In this document: positions 49,701 to 62,512 of the stretch, piece by piece
Numbering within the stretch: the stretch's first letter is position 1
Layout of the letters: each line of letters begins with the position of its first letter
Source of the DNA: Raillietiella orientalis
Taxonomy: Eukaryota
DNA: 64,000 bases
Direction of reading: 5' to 3'
NCBI GenBank assembly: GCA_036172245.1
Contig: JAYWIR010000052.1
Span: forward strand, 310,001 to 374,000
The notes under the pieces: generated by a model
Told to the model about the DNA's origin: nothing
The model's input: only the letters and a program-made list of their open reading frames with translations
Database searches by the model: none
Translations under genes and position numbers: made by a program

Positions 49701-50744
49701 TCAAAATTTGCAATTTTGAAAATCACAGAAATTTAATGAAAATTCACTACAGCTTCAAACATGAACATCTTAGAGCATCAATGCTTCTTATCTTCAACTT
49801 GATAAAAAAAACGCTGAGTTGTACCCGACTTTCAAAGACAAATGTTGCTTCACTAAATGTTTCAGTCCCATTCATGCAAGCTCTTCTGGAAATTCTTTGC
49901 ATTGACATTTTAAATGTAATACATGATTATCGTTATATTTTAAAATTAGTTAAAAAAAAAAATGTTGATTCCATCAACTTGGCTGCATTCACGCATATCT
50001 GCAGGGAAACTCACCATCCAATTTCTCATTCACTGAACTTGAGGAAGCACATCACTTTTCATATCTATAGTTGACAAGGATCCCTGCATTTCACACATTT
50101 CTACTTCAGCTTCAAAATTTCTTTTTCTGCTAATATGGTACTTATTCATGAACTGCACCGAGTTGTATATATGTATTTTATAATAAGAATCATCCTCATG
50201 TATCAATACTTGATACCTATACTTTTTTTTCCTTCTTGATATGCGACACACAACAAGCATTGCAAAACGGCTTTACGAATTGGTAGCCAACAGGCATGGA
50301 AATCGACTATTAAGAATGACTCAACATATTATGGTCTCAATAAGAAACTATATTGCATGAAATATGATAAACATGATTCCTTAAATAAACGACGAGAACA
50401 TCTTGTTCTCGTGTGGAAACATTAAAGAATTATAGGCAGAAAAGATCATAGAGAAACATGAAATTTCATTCTTTAGGTTCACATTGGTAAGCCCTTGTTT
50501 TGTTTCCTCTTAAAAAACATTTGTTGCGCTAACTTTACATTTGAGAAATATAAAATCAAGGCGAAATTACGATTTAAAACAAAGCAAAATACAAAAAACT
50601 GAATAATATCTAGGAACCAAAAAGACTGCAACACAAAACAGTATGCAGTACAGCACACTATGTTATGCTTTATGAAATCAATGGAATTAAAAAAAAAAAA
50701 AATTAACCAACCTCAATTTCTTTCCATTTACTGTAATCGACCAT
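46767..50744 (-). CDS. Cdc37: Hsp90 co-chaperone Cdc37
   Basis: Exon 50712-50744 [11 protein letters not shown] joins [29 protein letters not shown]; then [46 protein letters not shown] and [10 protein letters not shown]. First intron about 2.7 kb, the others 38-48 nt. AATAAA at 46708-46713. Confidence 0.97.
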
Positions 50745-53700
50745 CTTCAAATATTATACTTTTGGCATCAATTCCGCTCAGGAAACATAAAGAATTCAAA
50801 CATGAAACTTCCTTTGGTAAATCCAAAATGGTTATGGATTTATTCTACAGTGATCTGGAAACGTTTTACTTTCTCGAAAAGAAGGCAAGACACTGATTAC
50901 ACACAACAGATCAGTAAGCTGGAAAAATTATTAGTTAATGTGTAGGGGTTCACCACCACAACTTGCAATGAAATTCTTGCCATGACAAACAACCTTGGCA
51001 AGTAACCAAAGATTACTTCCCACCATAGTATTACCCGTGCTACGCAAAAAACGAACTCTTTTGTTTGTTCGTTTGCTAAAATATGCAACTCTGACCACAG
51101 CAACCGGAAAAAGCTTTTTCGACCAAATAAAACGAATCCATTTGGACCCTCATTTTTTTTTTTTTGGAAGGGGAGGGGGGGGAGGCTTACAAAGAAATAC
51201 CTTTTGATAAACCTTTCCCACAGAAGCACGTACTTTGCTTGGATCCTCAATTTACCTTCCCAGGCTAGAAGGAAGAACCTTGATGGCCCAGAGATCCTGA
51301 ACGAAGTAGCCCACCAGCCGGCCAACTCTCCCTGCCCTGCAAAAGGCACGTTCCCAGCGTGTCGCACTCGCACCCCGGCACGAAAACGGCCGAGTGACGT
51401 TCCCGTGGAGCCCACGCAATTTACGAAAACGAAATTTACGTTTTCCTGAACGAATTCCCACCGTCATCAACAAGGCCAAAAGTCAACTTCGTTACTACTC
51501 ATCGCGTGTACTGGAAAGAGCTGGACCCCATCGTGCAGCATCGGAGATTTCCTCCGAGGTGATGGCAGCGGTTCGAAGGCTATGAATGCGATCAGAATTG
51601 CACCTCGCAGGTTCCGACTTTCAGGGGAAAATCAGACGGATTTTCCATTCTCACACCTTTCAGGTTGCAGTTGCTCGAGGGTTCGACACGACGACGTGTA
51701 TGCACACCGAACATTCGGTCCTTTATGTGCACACACCCATGTATTCACCTGCATGCCCTACCGACTCATTTTCATAGAGATTTTCACATGCATTTCACAC
51801 GTGGAATTCTTGAAGGCATCTTCGTACTATGCTTGATAATCTCACCGTATGAAACGCATACGAAAATCATGCTAGAAACTGGAAATCTGTAGTGCAATGG
51901 ATCCACGAATAATTCCAGTTCAAACTGTAGAAATAAGTGTAAGAAACAAATAAACAAATACATGATAATTTAACACCGAACCATTGAAAGCAGCTGGATA
52001 CGAAATGTACATATTCTGAGTCTGCCCTGTATGGAAAAAATCTTCCCTTCAAGCCATTAAACAAGCATTGCTGACAATTTCTGAAACCTCAGTGGGCATA
52101 CAAACCAAAGTTAAAGAAAAAAGCAGATCACGTTCGCTTAATCATCTGGAACCTTAATCGGGAATCTGCACATTATAAATTTGAATGTTATGATAAACTG
52201 GACTTCAGAAGAAGCTCCTGTTAAGCTCTTGTAGTTCTCGCTTTCTTATTTTTCTTTGCCTGCTTTCTGTGGCAGCTGCACACAACCCGTTCTTGTTTTT
52301 GTTTGAAGCCACGGTATTCGATTCCTTCCTTTCAAGTTTTCCTTCTCCAATTTTTGATTGATTTGCAGTCAGCGAATCTTGAAGAATACCTTTCAACGTT
52401 TCAGCTAATAAAGAAAACTTTCGTTTCCGGATGTATGGGAAAAAAAAAAGATGCAACGACCGGTGGCTTTCAGTGCCTTAGAGTAACTTCTTTAATCATT
52501 GCTAATTTATTCTTTTGCAATTTGGTCAAGAAGTACTCGATTTCCAGTTTTTTTTTTTTTTTCCAAAAATTTTCGACTCTGTACGGAGTTGCAAGGGAGA
52601 CGCATACGCTCAAAATCATTCATAGATGTAAGCGAAGAATATTACCGGATTCTTCATGAGGTCGACAGGTTCAGATAAACCCTTTATTCTAAATTATGCT
52701 CTCCTCTTTGTTGAGAGCCTTTCCGCCACTGTAGATGTGCACTCTGATTCTGAAAATGGCTATTTTGATTTCCTAAAAATTAGAAGTTCTTTAGATAATG
52801 CACTATTAGGCATGCTTGAGAATCCACATGAATACGAGCCTTGTCAGGAATACATTCACATGACGAGTACATTCCCTACCACTTTCGAGTCGGTGAGATA
52901 TCGGATCTTGGCTTCTGGATCGTTACTCTCAAAACACAGGTTTTGAAATTGGACCTATTATTAAGTTATTCCAACGAACATGTAGAATGGCAAACATGTT
53001 GACGCTTTAATCTCGAATGTTTTCGCCTACCAATGATACAGTATGAAACACAAAGAACAAGCGTTAGGGTGCAAGTTACATTTGCTGTTCCATTAGCGTT
53101 ATTTTTTTTTTTAACATAACGAGGCTGAAAAACATATTTAACGATTTATTTGGCTCGTGGTGACTCGTAAAATTACCTGTGATCAGTTCGCTTCATTCGT
53201 TCTCGACGGCTGAAGAGCACATGGTATTTTTTTTTTTTCCTTCTGCTGTCCTTAAACTTTTCAGATGATCCGACAACAGTATCTGTGCGTTTAAGTCGGT
53301 GCATTTGTTTGAATTCCCTTAAATGAGATTCTTTCCATCTCCCTATGAGGTGCACTGGCTTACCACTAAGCGTATCACTCCTTCGTTTCCAAGTGAATGA
53401 AAAAATAATGTAACGGACAGCTAGTTGCAGATCAAGGTGATAACTCCCAAATTTGAAATAAATTTCGAATTTCTACAACTCATCCTGCCAAAACGGTCCC
53501 AAAGTCATCTCCTTTTTTCCGAATTCTCTTTTCACCGATCCCTTGTTTTGAATGTGGTACCACGTGCACACGTGATGCAGAATCTGCACACATCCATGGC
53601 GCAGCAACATTTTGAATACAGCATTTCGCTTTAAGGATTTGCACACATTTGTAGATGTGTGTCCGTTTATAGAAAGTCTATAAAACCCACATTGCAACGC

Positions 53701-53789
53701 TCAAATTCATAATCCCGCCGACTGCTGCTGGTGAAAAAATGCCTCCTTACAATTACAAGTTCACATGGCAAATACAAATGTGAGCATTG

Positions 53790-54260
53790 TGTATAAACTG
53801 GATGGAGCAGCCGAATAGATTCAAGGGAATTTGTGCTGTATCTATAGTTACACATGGATTGGAGAACCAAGATTGCAGCGGTGGTGCTCTTCAGCTTTGG
53901 AGGTTTGCAATCACCTCCCTCCACACTATGGGCAGGATGGGTGGAAGGCATAGTGTGGGCATGGGTGAATATTATGGCACTGCAGGGTCACAGCTGATGG
54001 TGAGAATCAGATTGCAGTACCTCCAGCGGAGCACAGCGGACTCGATGGTCACAGAAGAGATTGCAAGTGATGGTGGTTGCTGCACTTCTGCTGCCATTCA
54101 ATGAAGGTGATGAAGCCATCCACCAGGAGCAAAACCAGTCCAAAACCAAAGCTGACCACCTCCCCATGATCCAAAACTCCAATGCAAACCCAAAGTTCCT
54201 TGACATCCAGTTTTTTTGGAATCTGACGCCCCTGAATTATTGTTTGAGCACTTTGTAACT
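53790..54260 (+). mobile_element. Highly decayed Tc1/mariner (IS630-like) transposase relic
   Basis: Across frames and in the correct order: GG..IVWAW (like GGGSIMVWG), LLLPFNEGDEAIHQEQNQSKTKA (like LLP..FIFQQDNAPxH), and FLDIQFFWNLTPLNYCLSTL (like LEWPxxSPDLNPIENLW). No TIRs were identified. Confidence 0.4.
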
Positions 54261-54473
54261 CCAAGTGAACGTGGTATAAAAATGTACAAGCCTAGAGTTT
54301 CTAGACTGCTTGTGTTTGTGTACTTGAGTGAGTATGTATGTACTCATATGACGAGTCTTATATGGCACGGGGGAACTCCTTGTGCTTTTTCATTCAGACT
54401 TGAGTTTTCAAAAATGTTTTCTGGAATGTCGTTGTTTCCTGCTTGAATTTTTCCCCCCCTTTTTTCCCTCTCT

Positions 54474-54504
<31 letters not shown>

Positions 54505-57500
54505 ATGCCCTTTCTGGTTTTGTTCGAATTGTTCTTTGCCTTCCCATTGGTGAAATGGAAGCGATTCCTTCGATTCTTCGCCAAGGGTGTGCAAGCAGCG
54601 GTCCATGGAAACTGCGGCTCCCCTTTGAGCGTTTCGGGAGTGCTCCTCCCGGAAAAGGTGGACGGATGCCGCCGATTTTGAAGAACGCACACGCGAAACA
54701 CCAAAACGGGGCCAAGGCGACCGCAGTGTTGGGCGCGGGATACTCTCCCAGCTCAGGACCAGTCCCAGGTGGTCACGATAATGAGATAAAGGCAGACGAC
54801 TCAAAAAAACAGAGCTGAAACAAATGAGGTCGCGATGATCTCTGAAACGAAAAGAGGTCACGGAATGGGAATACCAGCAGAGTCGGGTTCCTTCCTAGCA
54901 ACCACTGCGACACCGAGAAATCCCTCTTTCAGCCTTCGTTTTACTTTGCTGCTTACCCTCTCCCCGCCCCCCCCTCCCCCCCGGAATGTCAGCAGTGTTG
55001 CGAGACGCACGAACCGTGCGGGCGATCCGAACACCCTGAGGTGTGGAAGACACCATTTTCAGGCTGTTACTCTCCTCCTGCATGTGGACCTACAGCGACG
55101 CTGCATCTCTCCCGATTTTCAAGTGGTTCGGACTCCATCTTCAGAGGAAAATCAAAGTTCAGATCTAAAAAAAATGTCGATCTCTGAACGGGCGTCGGAT
55201 CAAAGGAGAGGGCCCACGTGGCCGAGCTTGTTTACAATGAGAGAACGGGTGACCCCAACTCCTCTTGCAATGGAAGAAGAAGAAAAAAAACCAAGCCCTG
55301 AGACCAATCAACGTACGCAAAGCCCGAAGCTGTTGAATGAGGGAGCGTTGACGGAGTAAATAAGAAGAAGAGGATGAGTAACGGTGGACCGCTGAGTGTG
55401 GAGCGAAACGGCAGGCGAAGAAGAGCCGTGGGTCACGATGCGGGCACGGTGTCGCCAGGCGTACCTCCTGCCTACGACGAGGCGGCGTGACCTGACCGGC
55501 CGGGCACGCAAAGGCTGCCCCGAAACGCGACTCGGGGGCAGAAGGGAGGAAACGCGCCCGAGCGAGGCGCACGGCGTTCCGACTGCGAGTCGACGCGGCG
55601 GCGGCGGCGACATCGCGCCCGCCCGCGCGAGGCGGAAATGGGCGTCGTCCCCGTGCGGCGAGGAACGCGTGCGACACTTGAGCAACGTCTCCGCCATCAC
55701 GCGGCGCCCGCGTAGCCGCGTGAACACGCGCGGCGCGCACACCCACGCGAAACACGCAACGGACGCACGCGAGGCGGTTGCAACACACGGCGTGCACGCG
55801 TGCACGCACGTGTCGGCGCACGAGCCGCTCCGTGGGGTGCTCTGCGCCAGCGCAACCCACCCAGCCCGCCCGTGGTGCGTTTTTGCCTTCCACCCTTTTG
55901 CTCGACCGAGGGCGCGGGCAGCTCGTCCGCCGCGCCGCGAGAGGGCCGGGGCTAGTCGGCAGACGAGGCTGCCACGAGGCAAGTGGTACGGGCCGCAGCA
56001 GCCACCGGGCCGGTGGCTATCGTAGGAGCAAGAACCGCGCTGATAATGGGATGCCAAGCAGAGGAGGCAGCAGCAGGGAGAGCAGGGAATGATCCATATC
56101 GCGAGGAGGGGTAATACGAGCGGAGCGCCAACAGCGCGATCCTTGCGAGGCGAATAAAATAAGAATAAAATAAAAGAAAAGAATTCAAATAGCAAACGGC
56201 GCCGCTATTCGACGTTTCGTTTTCCTTTCTTCCTCTCTCTGCGGCCTCGGCGCGCTGCTGCTGCTGCTGCAAACACTCCCGGTAGGGCCGGCGCCACGCA
56301 GGGAGAGCGGCCACCGGCGCCGAAAATAGCAACAGCGGTAGGGAGAAGCAGTGGCGCTGAAGATGCCGGCGGGACGCAAAAGCAGCAGAGGGAGAACGAG
56401 GACGGCAGCCATAAGGCAGGGATGGCGCTGAGGGAGCAGCAAGCGGTGCAACGCCGCCGCCGCTGCTGCCGCCTGGCGACCGCAAGACGAGCCGCAAGCA
56501 ACGCGACGGCTGCACTGTGGAGCGCCAGCGAAGGAAAGAGCGGCGGTGGCGGGCGGCAGTGAGCGCCGCAAAAGAGTGCGAATGGCAAAGCTGAGGTTGG
56601 CAGCGGTGCTGAAGAAGTGGGGAAAGAGGAACAGCGGCGGCGGCAGCAATGGCGGCAGCAATGGCGGCGCGGTGATTGCGGAAGAGCGCGCACAGCAGCG
56701 CCACCACGAACCGGCTGCGCTCTTCCACTCGCTCCTCCTCCCTCTCCCCCCCCCCCCCCGTGCGGACTGCGGCGCAAACGCGCACGCCTCGCGGGCAGCG
56801 TCGCCGCGGTTACCGACCGAACCCCCCCCCCCCCTCCCGTCATCCTCCCCCTCCTCTCCCGCCCGCCCGCGAGCGGGACGTGCGTGGGATGCAGCGCCAT
56901 CGCACGCGCGCCCCTCCTCGCGTGCGGCAGCGGCGGTTGGGGAGGCGTGCGCCCCTCCCCCCCCCCTCCCCTTCCCTTCCTTTCGCTCCCCTCCTCCCGC
57001 GCCTGCGCGCGCTTTATCCCGCCCCACGACGCAGCCCGGGCGAGAGAGAGGCCCGCCCATCCCGGATTTTCGATCCGGACCGCCGGGTTCCAGCTGCGCC
57101 GCCGGCGGGAGCCCGGGAGGAGGAGAGACCCCTTTGTAAGGCGTCGCTCCCGTGGAAACGGAGAGCGGCAGCGGCGGCGCTGCGCGCGGAGGTCCGATTC
57201 GCCCGCCCTCCCTCCGGGGAGGAGGGGAAGGGAAAAAAAAGGCCTCGCGGGCAGGAAGGGCGGCGGCGGCGGCGGCGGCGGCGGCGGAGAGAGGGGGAGG
57301 GGCGGTCCTCTCTCTTTTTTGTTCCCTCGGCCCGCCTCTCTCTCCCCTCCCTCCCTCCCTCTCTCTCTCTCCCCCCGCGAGACGGGGTGGGGGTGGGGGT
57401 GAGAGGAGAGAGGAGGAAAGGGAGGGAGTCGCGCGCGCGCCCGAGAATCTCCGCCCCCGCCGGACGCTCCTCCTGGCCGACGCGACCTCGAGGCTGCCGC

Positions 57501-59724
57501 CGCCAGCGCCGCGGCGCGGGTAGGCGCAGCTTCCTCCCTCCTCGGCTCCCCCCCGAGCACGCGCAGATGGCGCTCCCTTCCTTCCGGGAAGCGCGCCTGA
57601 GATCCCCCCCGCCCCCTCCAGGCTACTGGACGGACGGACGCGCGCGCCGACGCGGCGGCGGCAGGGAAACGCCGGCGGCTCGTCTCCTCCCCTTCCTGTC
57701 CTCCCCCCCCCCCCCCTTCTGCTGCTGCTGCGGCTTCTCCCCGCCCGTTCCCACGGGAGGAAGGGAGGGAGGGCTGCGCGAGCTCTCCCCGAGAGCCCAG
57801 GGAGCGGGGGCTCCGGTCGGCGGCGGCGGCGTCCGGTCGATCTCCAGATGTTCCTCCCCTCCCCCTCCTCCCCCCCGCCCCTCCCGGACGCACGTGCTGC
57901 TGCGCTCCTCCTCCCGGCGCGCCCGCCCGTCGGCGCGGCGTGGCACACGCTGGGGTCCGCCCGGTCCCAGCGTGTGGCGCCTCCGGGCTTCGCACTCCTC
58001 CTCCTGCCCGGACCCGCGCCTTTTGTCGTTCCAGGGGGACGCGCGTGGGTCGCCTTTGTCTCCCTCTCCTCCCTCCCCCCTCCTTTTTTTTTTTTTTTTT
58101 TTTTTTTCTCTTCGGCTTTCGCTTCGGATTTTCGCCGTCCCCTCCGCCCGGCGATCCCGGTGCGCCTCCGCTGCCGCCGCCCGTTCGTTCGTCCGTTGGA
58201 GGTGGCGCCCTCCAGTGCGCGAGTCAGCAAGCCCCCTCCCCCCGCGGGCTCAGGGAGAGGGAGAGAGGGGGGGAGGGAAGACCGATTGATGTGGAACGGC
58301 GGGGGCGAGTGCCCCGGGGCACCGCCCCCGCCGCTTCCCCTTCCAAGGGCGCCGCCGCCGGGTGCGTTCGGGGAGCTGCCTCCGCCGCGCTCTCTCTCTC
58401 GGGCGGGGACCGCTCGACCCCGAAACGTCCTGCGGGTGACCCCGAGGAGCCCCCCCGCCAGGAAAGGCGCGGGGCGGACCCGCGGAGAAGCCCCGGAGGA
58501 AGGCGAGCGCTGCGCCTGCTGGTCGCGGCGGTGCACCCGCCCGGCACGCATGCGCGCGCGGGGGAGGCTCGCGGAAACGCCCGCCTCGAGAGGAGGAGGA
58601 GGAGGAGGGGAGGGAGGGAGGGAGGGAGGGAGGGAGGGGAGATGAGGAGGGGGGGAAGCAGGGGAGGGAGGGAGACGACGAGGGGGAGGAGGAGCAGGCC
58701 TCCCGCAGCTGGCAGCGGGGCGGCGCCTCCGGCGTAGCTGCTTGGATCGGAATCTCGACGAAGGGCGAACGCGCCGGGACGCGCGCGCGCGCGCGACGTC
58801 CTCCCTCCCCCCCCCCTCCCCTTCCCCTCTCTCCTCCCCCCGCCCGCCCTTTCCTCCGGTTCCCGGGACCCGCTGCTTGCAGCCGCCGCCGCCGCCGCCT
58901 CGGAACTTCCCTTCCGTTGCCAGGGGTGATTTCGAAATCGCCCCTCCTCCGCCGCGTTGCTGGCGTCTTTCCCGGCGATCCCCTCGCGCCTGCTTCCCCC
59001 TCTCGCGGCCGCGGCTCGCGCGGCAGGAGCACAGGGAACGCGCGCGCGTGCTCCGCCCTCCCCCGCAGCCTCCCTCGACCGCGCGGCGAGCGAAAAAACA
59101 AAACAAAACAAAACAAAAAAAGAAAAAAAGAACGTTCCTTCCCCCCCCCCTCCTCCCCGCGCGCGACAACAACGCGAAGCAGCAGCAGCGGGACAAACGG
59201 CGAACACGAGGGGGGGGGAGCAACAACAACAACAACACACACACACACACACAAACAAACAACAAAAATGGCGGGAACGGGCGGGAGCTCGCCTTTGAGC
59301 CGCGGCATGCCTTCGCCGGGAACGCTCGTTCCACTCCAGGAGATGCTGCGCGCGCGCCCTCCAGGTGGCGCGCGAGGCGGCGCCCCCCCTCCCCCTCCCC
59401 GAAAACACACGAAAAAAGAGGACGGCGGCAACAATCAAAACGGGAAAAAAACAAACAAACAGGAGGAGGAAAGAAGGAACTTGGGCGTTGCCAGGGAGAT
59501 CGCTCCTCCCCCTCCCCTCGCGTTCGTTGCGCAAGCGGTGCGCGCAAGCGCAACGCGTCGGCTGCCCCGCACGTCTTCGCCCAACGCGCGTCGCCGGGCG
59601 GCGGAAGGGGCGACGCCGCCGCCAAAGTGTCCCACTGCGCCCGCGTGCTGCCGTCGTCGCCGCCGGGCGGCCGACCTTCGCGGGTGCGGAGGAAAATGGC
59701 CGCCTCCCCCTCCCCCTCCTCCTC

Positions 59725-59727
<3 letters not shown>

Positions 59728-59767
<40 letters not shown>

Positions 59768-59784
59768 CGCGCGCGCGCGCGCGC
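59728..59784. repeat. (TC)n microsatellite directly followed by (GC)n
   Basis: tctctc... for about 38 nt, then gcgcgcgcgcgcgcgcgc. Confidence 0.9.
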
Positions 59785-62198
59785 CCCCCTCTCCCCGTGC
59801 CGACCTTGGGCGTTCCCTCCCCCCCTCTGAAAGCGAGCGCGCGCACGCGCTCTGCCGTGGCCGCCGCCGCCTGCGCTGCTAGCGGGCGACCCCCTTCCAC
59901 CCTCCCCCGAGCAGAGGGAGGAGGTGCGACCGGACGGCGACGCGGCGGCTCTACGGCGCCTTCCCTACGGCCGCCGCCGCCGTCGCCACGCTCGCGGCTT
60001 CCACCGGAATGCTCCGCACGCGAGGCGTCACGCCCCTAGCCCCCCTCTCCGCTCCCCTCCGCCCGCGCGGGGGGGAGCGGAGGAGAAAGCGGCGGCAGCA
60101 CACTCTCCCCCCCCCCCCTCCGCCTCCTCCCGCTCCCCAGCGGTCTTTCTCGGCGCGCTCCGCGTTCCTCGGGGTAAGAGGAGAGGAGGAGGGGGAGGAG
60201 GGGGAGGGGGAGGGGGGGGAGGCGGTTTGCTCGAGTGCGACGGGAACGCCGGCCGGGCGTCACGTCCTTTGCAGGCCCCGCCGACGGCGTCTCTCTCGCG
60301 CGCGGCTTTCCCGTGGGCGCCTTCCCCTCCAGAGCGCAGCGCGCGTTCCGGTGCGCGCCTCGCGCGATCCCTGGCCGCGGCGGCCGTTGCTATGCGAGGC
60401 AGACGCAGGGCGAGGAGGAGGGAGCCGGGTCCTCGGAGGAGGAGGCTGCAGCGCGAGCGAGCGACCCCCGAGCGCCGGAAGGAAGGCTCGGCCGCCGCGC
60501 TGCCGAGCGAGCGGGGCGGTTCCCACCTCGCGTTCTCCCTGCCCAACCGCCGCCTTCCGTCAAGAAACCCCCTCCCACCCCGGGGGGGGGGGGGGGAGAG
60601 GGAGGAAGGGGGAGAATTCTGGATTCCGCGAAAAACCCTCCCGACGGGAGGGGGAGTGGGGGAGGAGAGAGAGAAGGAAAAGCAAACAGGAAACTTCGGG
60701 GAGGAAACCCTCCCTCTCCCCTCGTCCGCGGCCCTGGAACAGGAGCGCGGATGGGGAGCAGGGCGAGTCGGCCCCGAGCTACCCTCCGCCGCATCCCTCC
60801 CCGCCATATGCTGGGGGCCTCCGCTCGCACGGAGAGACACCGAGCGACACGCGCGGGAAAAAGGAAAAAAAAAAAAAAAAAAAAAAAAAAGAAGGCGGCG
60901 ACGCGTTTCCCCGGAGCGCGCGCGCGCACTTGTTGCGCTGCGTCGGGGAACGCGCGCAGGGACGAACCGGTTCCTCCCTCCAGAGCGACGGCGACGACGG
61001 TGTCGTATATAGGTCACCACTGGATTTTCACGGACGGGCTCTCTCTCCCTGGAAACGAGGGGGATCAGCAAGGTTCCGCCCTCGCTGCTGCCGTACCCAA
61101 GCGCGCGCGCTCCGAGCGCCTCGCCTCGCAGGGTTACCCCTCCTCCGACGGCGGCGGTTATCCGCCACGCGGGGGAGGGAGGGAGGGAGGGGGAAATGAG
61201 AAGAGGGGGGGGGGGAGGCCCCCCTCCCTTTGGGAAGGGCGAGGGGAGAAAAGTGGTTCGGAACGAAACCGGGTATCCAGGTTGCCGCGCAACAGCTCCC
61301 CCCTTCTGCCTCTCTCTCTCCCTCTCTCTCTCTCTCTTTCGAAACGCCCTCCCCCCCCCCCTCCCCCACGGACTTTCCGCCCGCGACGGTGGACGCACAC
61401 GAAGGAAACGGCGGCGTGTGCCTCCCCAAACGCTCGGGTCACGGAAACGGGGGAGAAAAGTCAGCTTCGGCGGGAGGAACAGGTTTTGGACTTGCGCACA
61501 TCTCCCGGCCAGCTGCTGCGCCTTCGAAAGGGAACCGCGGCTCGAATCGAAAAGTGACATCCCTGCAAAAAGCGGAAACGCTCCGCGTCACGTGGCTCGG
61601 CTCGGCCAATCAGGCGGCTCCACTCGGAGAGCCTCCGTCTCCACGTCTTGAATTGTCAACCTCGTCGTTGCGTTCACTTTGTCACGGAACACTGCAGTGT
61701 TCCCGTCCACCCCAATTCGGCATCCGTTCCAGGGGGGATCCGCGTTCGCTCCTCTCGTTTTGTTTGCCGCCGGGATGGAAGCACGGAGCTTTCTCCCAAG
61801 ATCGCTCGCACACACGAGGAGGAGGAGGAGGAGGAAAAGAAGGAATTTCTTCCCCCCCCCGTGTGTGTGTGTGTGGTTGCCACCCCCGGAAAGCGGGCGT
61901 TCGTTCCGAGCTCCTGCTTAGAGGTGGGGGTGCACGCCCTAATCTTAGGTGTTCCGGCGGAAAATCGGTTCGTGGCGTCCTCTCGACGGCTTGCCCAAAG
62001 GGGGGAAAAAAGGAAAAGAGAGAGGAAAAAAAACAACAACAACAACAACACCGGTTGTGTGACGAAGCACGTGGGAGCCCTGATAGCACCTGTTTGCCAT
62101 GGGGGCGGCAGAGCAGAGATTTCTTCCTCTTTTTTTTTTCCGCGCGGGTGCGTGCGCAACACTTCCGCAGCGGTGCGAACACTCCTTTGGCACGCTCC

Positions 62199-62229
<31 letters not shown>

Positions 62230-62462
62230 ACACAGACACACATACGCGCGCGCGCGCGCGCAACACACACCCACAGTGCACGAGGGTGAAAGTGTTCCGC
62301 GGGAAACCCCTTCGCCACACGTGCGTGCGCGTGCGACTCGACGCGCGCGCTCTCGCATCATTTTATTACTGCTGCCGCTGCTTCCGACGCTTTGCTTTGG
62401 GTGGTTGCGAAACCAAAACAAAACGAAAGATCCTTCCGCGTACCTTCCGGATTCTTGGAGTA

Positions 62463-62512
62463 TACACACACACACACACACACACGTGCGTGCGTGCGTG
62501 CGTGCGTGCGTG
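62463..62512. repeat. (CA)n plus (CGTG)n compound microsatellite
   Basis: acacacac... followed by gtgcgtgcgtgc... Confidence 0.9.

Noticed and set aside
51254..51390. GCCGGG-starting GC-rich segment considered as 7SL/SRP RNA
   Set aside because: It lacks SRP consensus beyond a few bases and ends in a splice donor, so it is more likely a Cdc37 5' UTR exon.
56017..56097. 26-aa hydrophobic small ORF on the - strand (MDHSLLSLLLPPLLGIPLSARFLLLR)
   Set aside because: Expected by chance in CT-rich sequence; no repeated peptide motif such as the LDPTGxY of tarsal-less/pri.
56185..59625. 1146-aa ORF and overlapping 400-600-aa ORFs
   Set aside because: They are R/G/A/P-rich translations of microsatellites and homopolymers, open in several frames on both strands because stops are rare at high GC, and show no domain.
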